Of a DNA stretch of 64,000 nt, positions 63,207 through 64,000 are shown piece after piece. Both the position numbers and the translations under genes were made by a program. Location of the stretch: contig CAWHXD010000007.1 in the NCBI GenBank assembly GCA_963833225.1, forward strand, positions 128,001-192,000. The letters are read 5' to 3'. The notes beneath the pieces are model-generated. The model saw only the letters and a program-made list of their open reading frames with translations. It made no database searches and had not been told where the DNA came from. The stretch comes from an uncultured Chloroflexia bacterium (GTDB lineage Bacteria; Chloroflexota; Limnocylindria; Limnocylindrales; CSP1-4). Each line of letters starts with the position of its first letter. Position 1 is the stretch's first letter.

Positions 63207-63611
63207 CTATCCGGTCAGGCCCGCTGGCTGCACGGTGTGCTCGGGATCCGCATTCGCCGCGCCGGCAATGGCCTCGCGGATCGTCGCCAGGAAATCGTCG
63301 GGCCGGCTGGACAGGGACTGGCGGCGCAAGGTGAACGCGCTGGTGGTGTTGATGTCCACGTCGAGCACCAGGGAGGCATGCGACCGGCGGACGATATCGG
63401 CGGCATCGACGGCGCCGCCCTCCTCCACCACGACCACCTGCGGCTCCGTGGCCAGGGCAATCGCGACAGCCGCTTCCTCGGAGATGTCCACCGCCTCGAC
63501 CGTCACGCCCGATTCGGCCGCGAGCATCCGGCCAAGGCCCTCCCCCATCAGGGGATGGCTGTACAGGACGAGAACTCTGACCAGCTCAGGGCACAACGTC
63601 GTGCTCTCCAA
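63207..63611 (-). CDS. Degenerate receiver (REC)-like single-domain protein
   Basis: VRVLVLYSHPLMGEGLGRMLAAE...PQVVVVE resembles the NarL-type REC start but lacks the DD pocket and the phospho-Asp; no output domain. Confidence 0.6.
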   Translation of the reverse strand: MESTTLCPELVRVLVLYSHPLMGEGLGRMLAAESGVTVEAVDISEEAAVAIALATEPQVVVVEEGGAVDAADIVRRSHASLVLDVDINTTSAFTLRRQSLSSRPDDFLATIREAIAGAANADPEHTVQPAGLTG

Positions 63612-64000
63612 CGACGCGGCTCGCCCGGTGCGACCCGTGATCCGATGCTAGGCCGCGCCGCGGGTGAGGCCAATCCGTCGCCCGGCACAGGTGCTCCGCG
63701 GGCTTCCTGTATCCGACGGGGGAAGGCGCGGCGATCTCGATGGGCGCCTTCCCGGCCCCCGCCGCCTTCCCGGCCCGCCGCCTTGATCGCCGCCTGCATC
63801 ATCCTGAGCCGCTTCGTGCACCGATCGAGCGTCAGAACCCCGGTTTGAGCTCGCGGTCCCTGCGCGAGGCCGGTACATCCGAACCAGATCGCGATCAGGG
63901 GCTGGGCGCGGTGGCACACGAGATCACGCCGTCGCGCGCCCCGGGTCCGCCACGCGGGGTCGGCCGAGGTCCGTGGCATGAGAACGGCGATCGTCCTGGG

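Noticed and set aside
63648-64000. Short ORFs at the right edge
   Set aside because: They show no recognisable motifs or convincing codon bias. The region is more likely regulatory.

Overview
This is a very GC-rich bacterial window. Gene content, Pro/Ala/Thr-rich secreted proteins and the lack of outer-membrane genes suggest a monoderm organism such as Chloroflexota (inference, not proven). It appears to come from an error-prone long-read assembly: many ordinary genes carry single-base frameshifts, 3.7-5.7 kb is heavily corrupted, and there is a 616-nt poly-T run. Three blocks stand out. (1) At about 3.6-11.8 kb is a conflict island: a degraded AAA/DUF4143 ATPase, two Rhs core-extension/toxin/immunity cassettes (a barnase-like RNase with barstar, and an unrecognised HxHxH toxin with its partner), an orphan immunity-like gene, an AbiEii fragment and a MazEF-like pair. 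(2) At 11.8-46 kb are mostly metabolic and housekeeping genes, plus a ~1800-aa repeat-shuffled surface protein and a DoxX/DoxD-Rieske fusion. (3) At 46.1-63.6 kb is the highlight, a co-oriented minus-strand cluster with no visible frameshifts that looks like a complete porin-free extracellular electron transfer system with 34 heme-binding motifs. It encodes a secreted hexaheme cytochrome with the motif order and 12-His complement of the OmcS nanowire family, a stalked octaheme, an ImcH-like NapC/NirT decaheme, a Rieske/cytochrome b/decaheme bc-type complex, a dedicated System II heme maturation set, NHL and TPR accessory proteins, and a recurring intergenic CTGTATC/GATACAG candidate operator. 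All family assignments come from motif recognition by eye; no searches were run.
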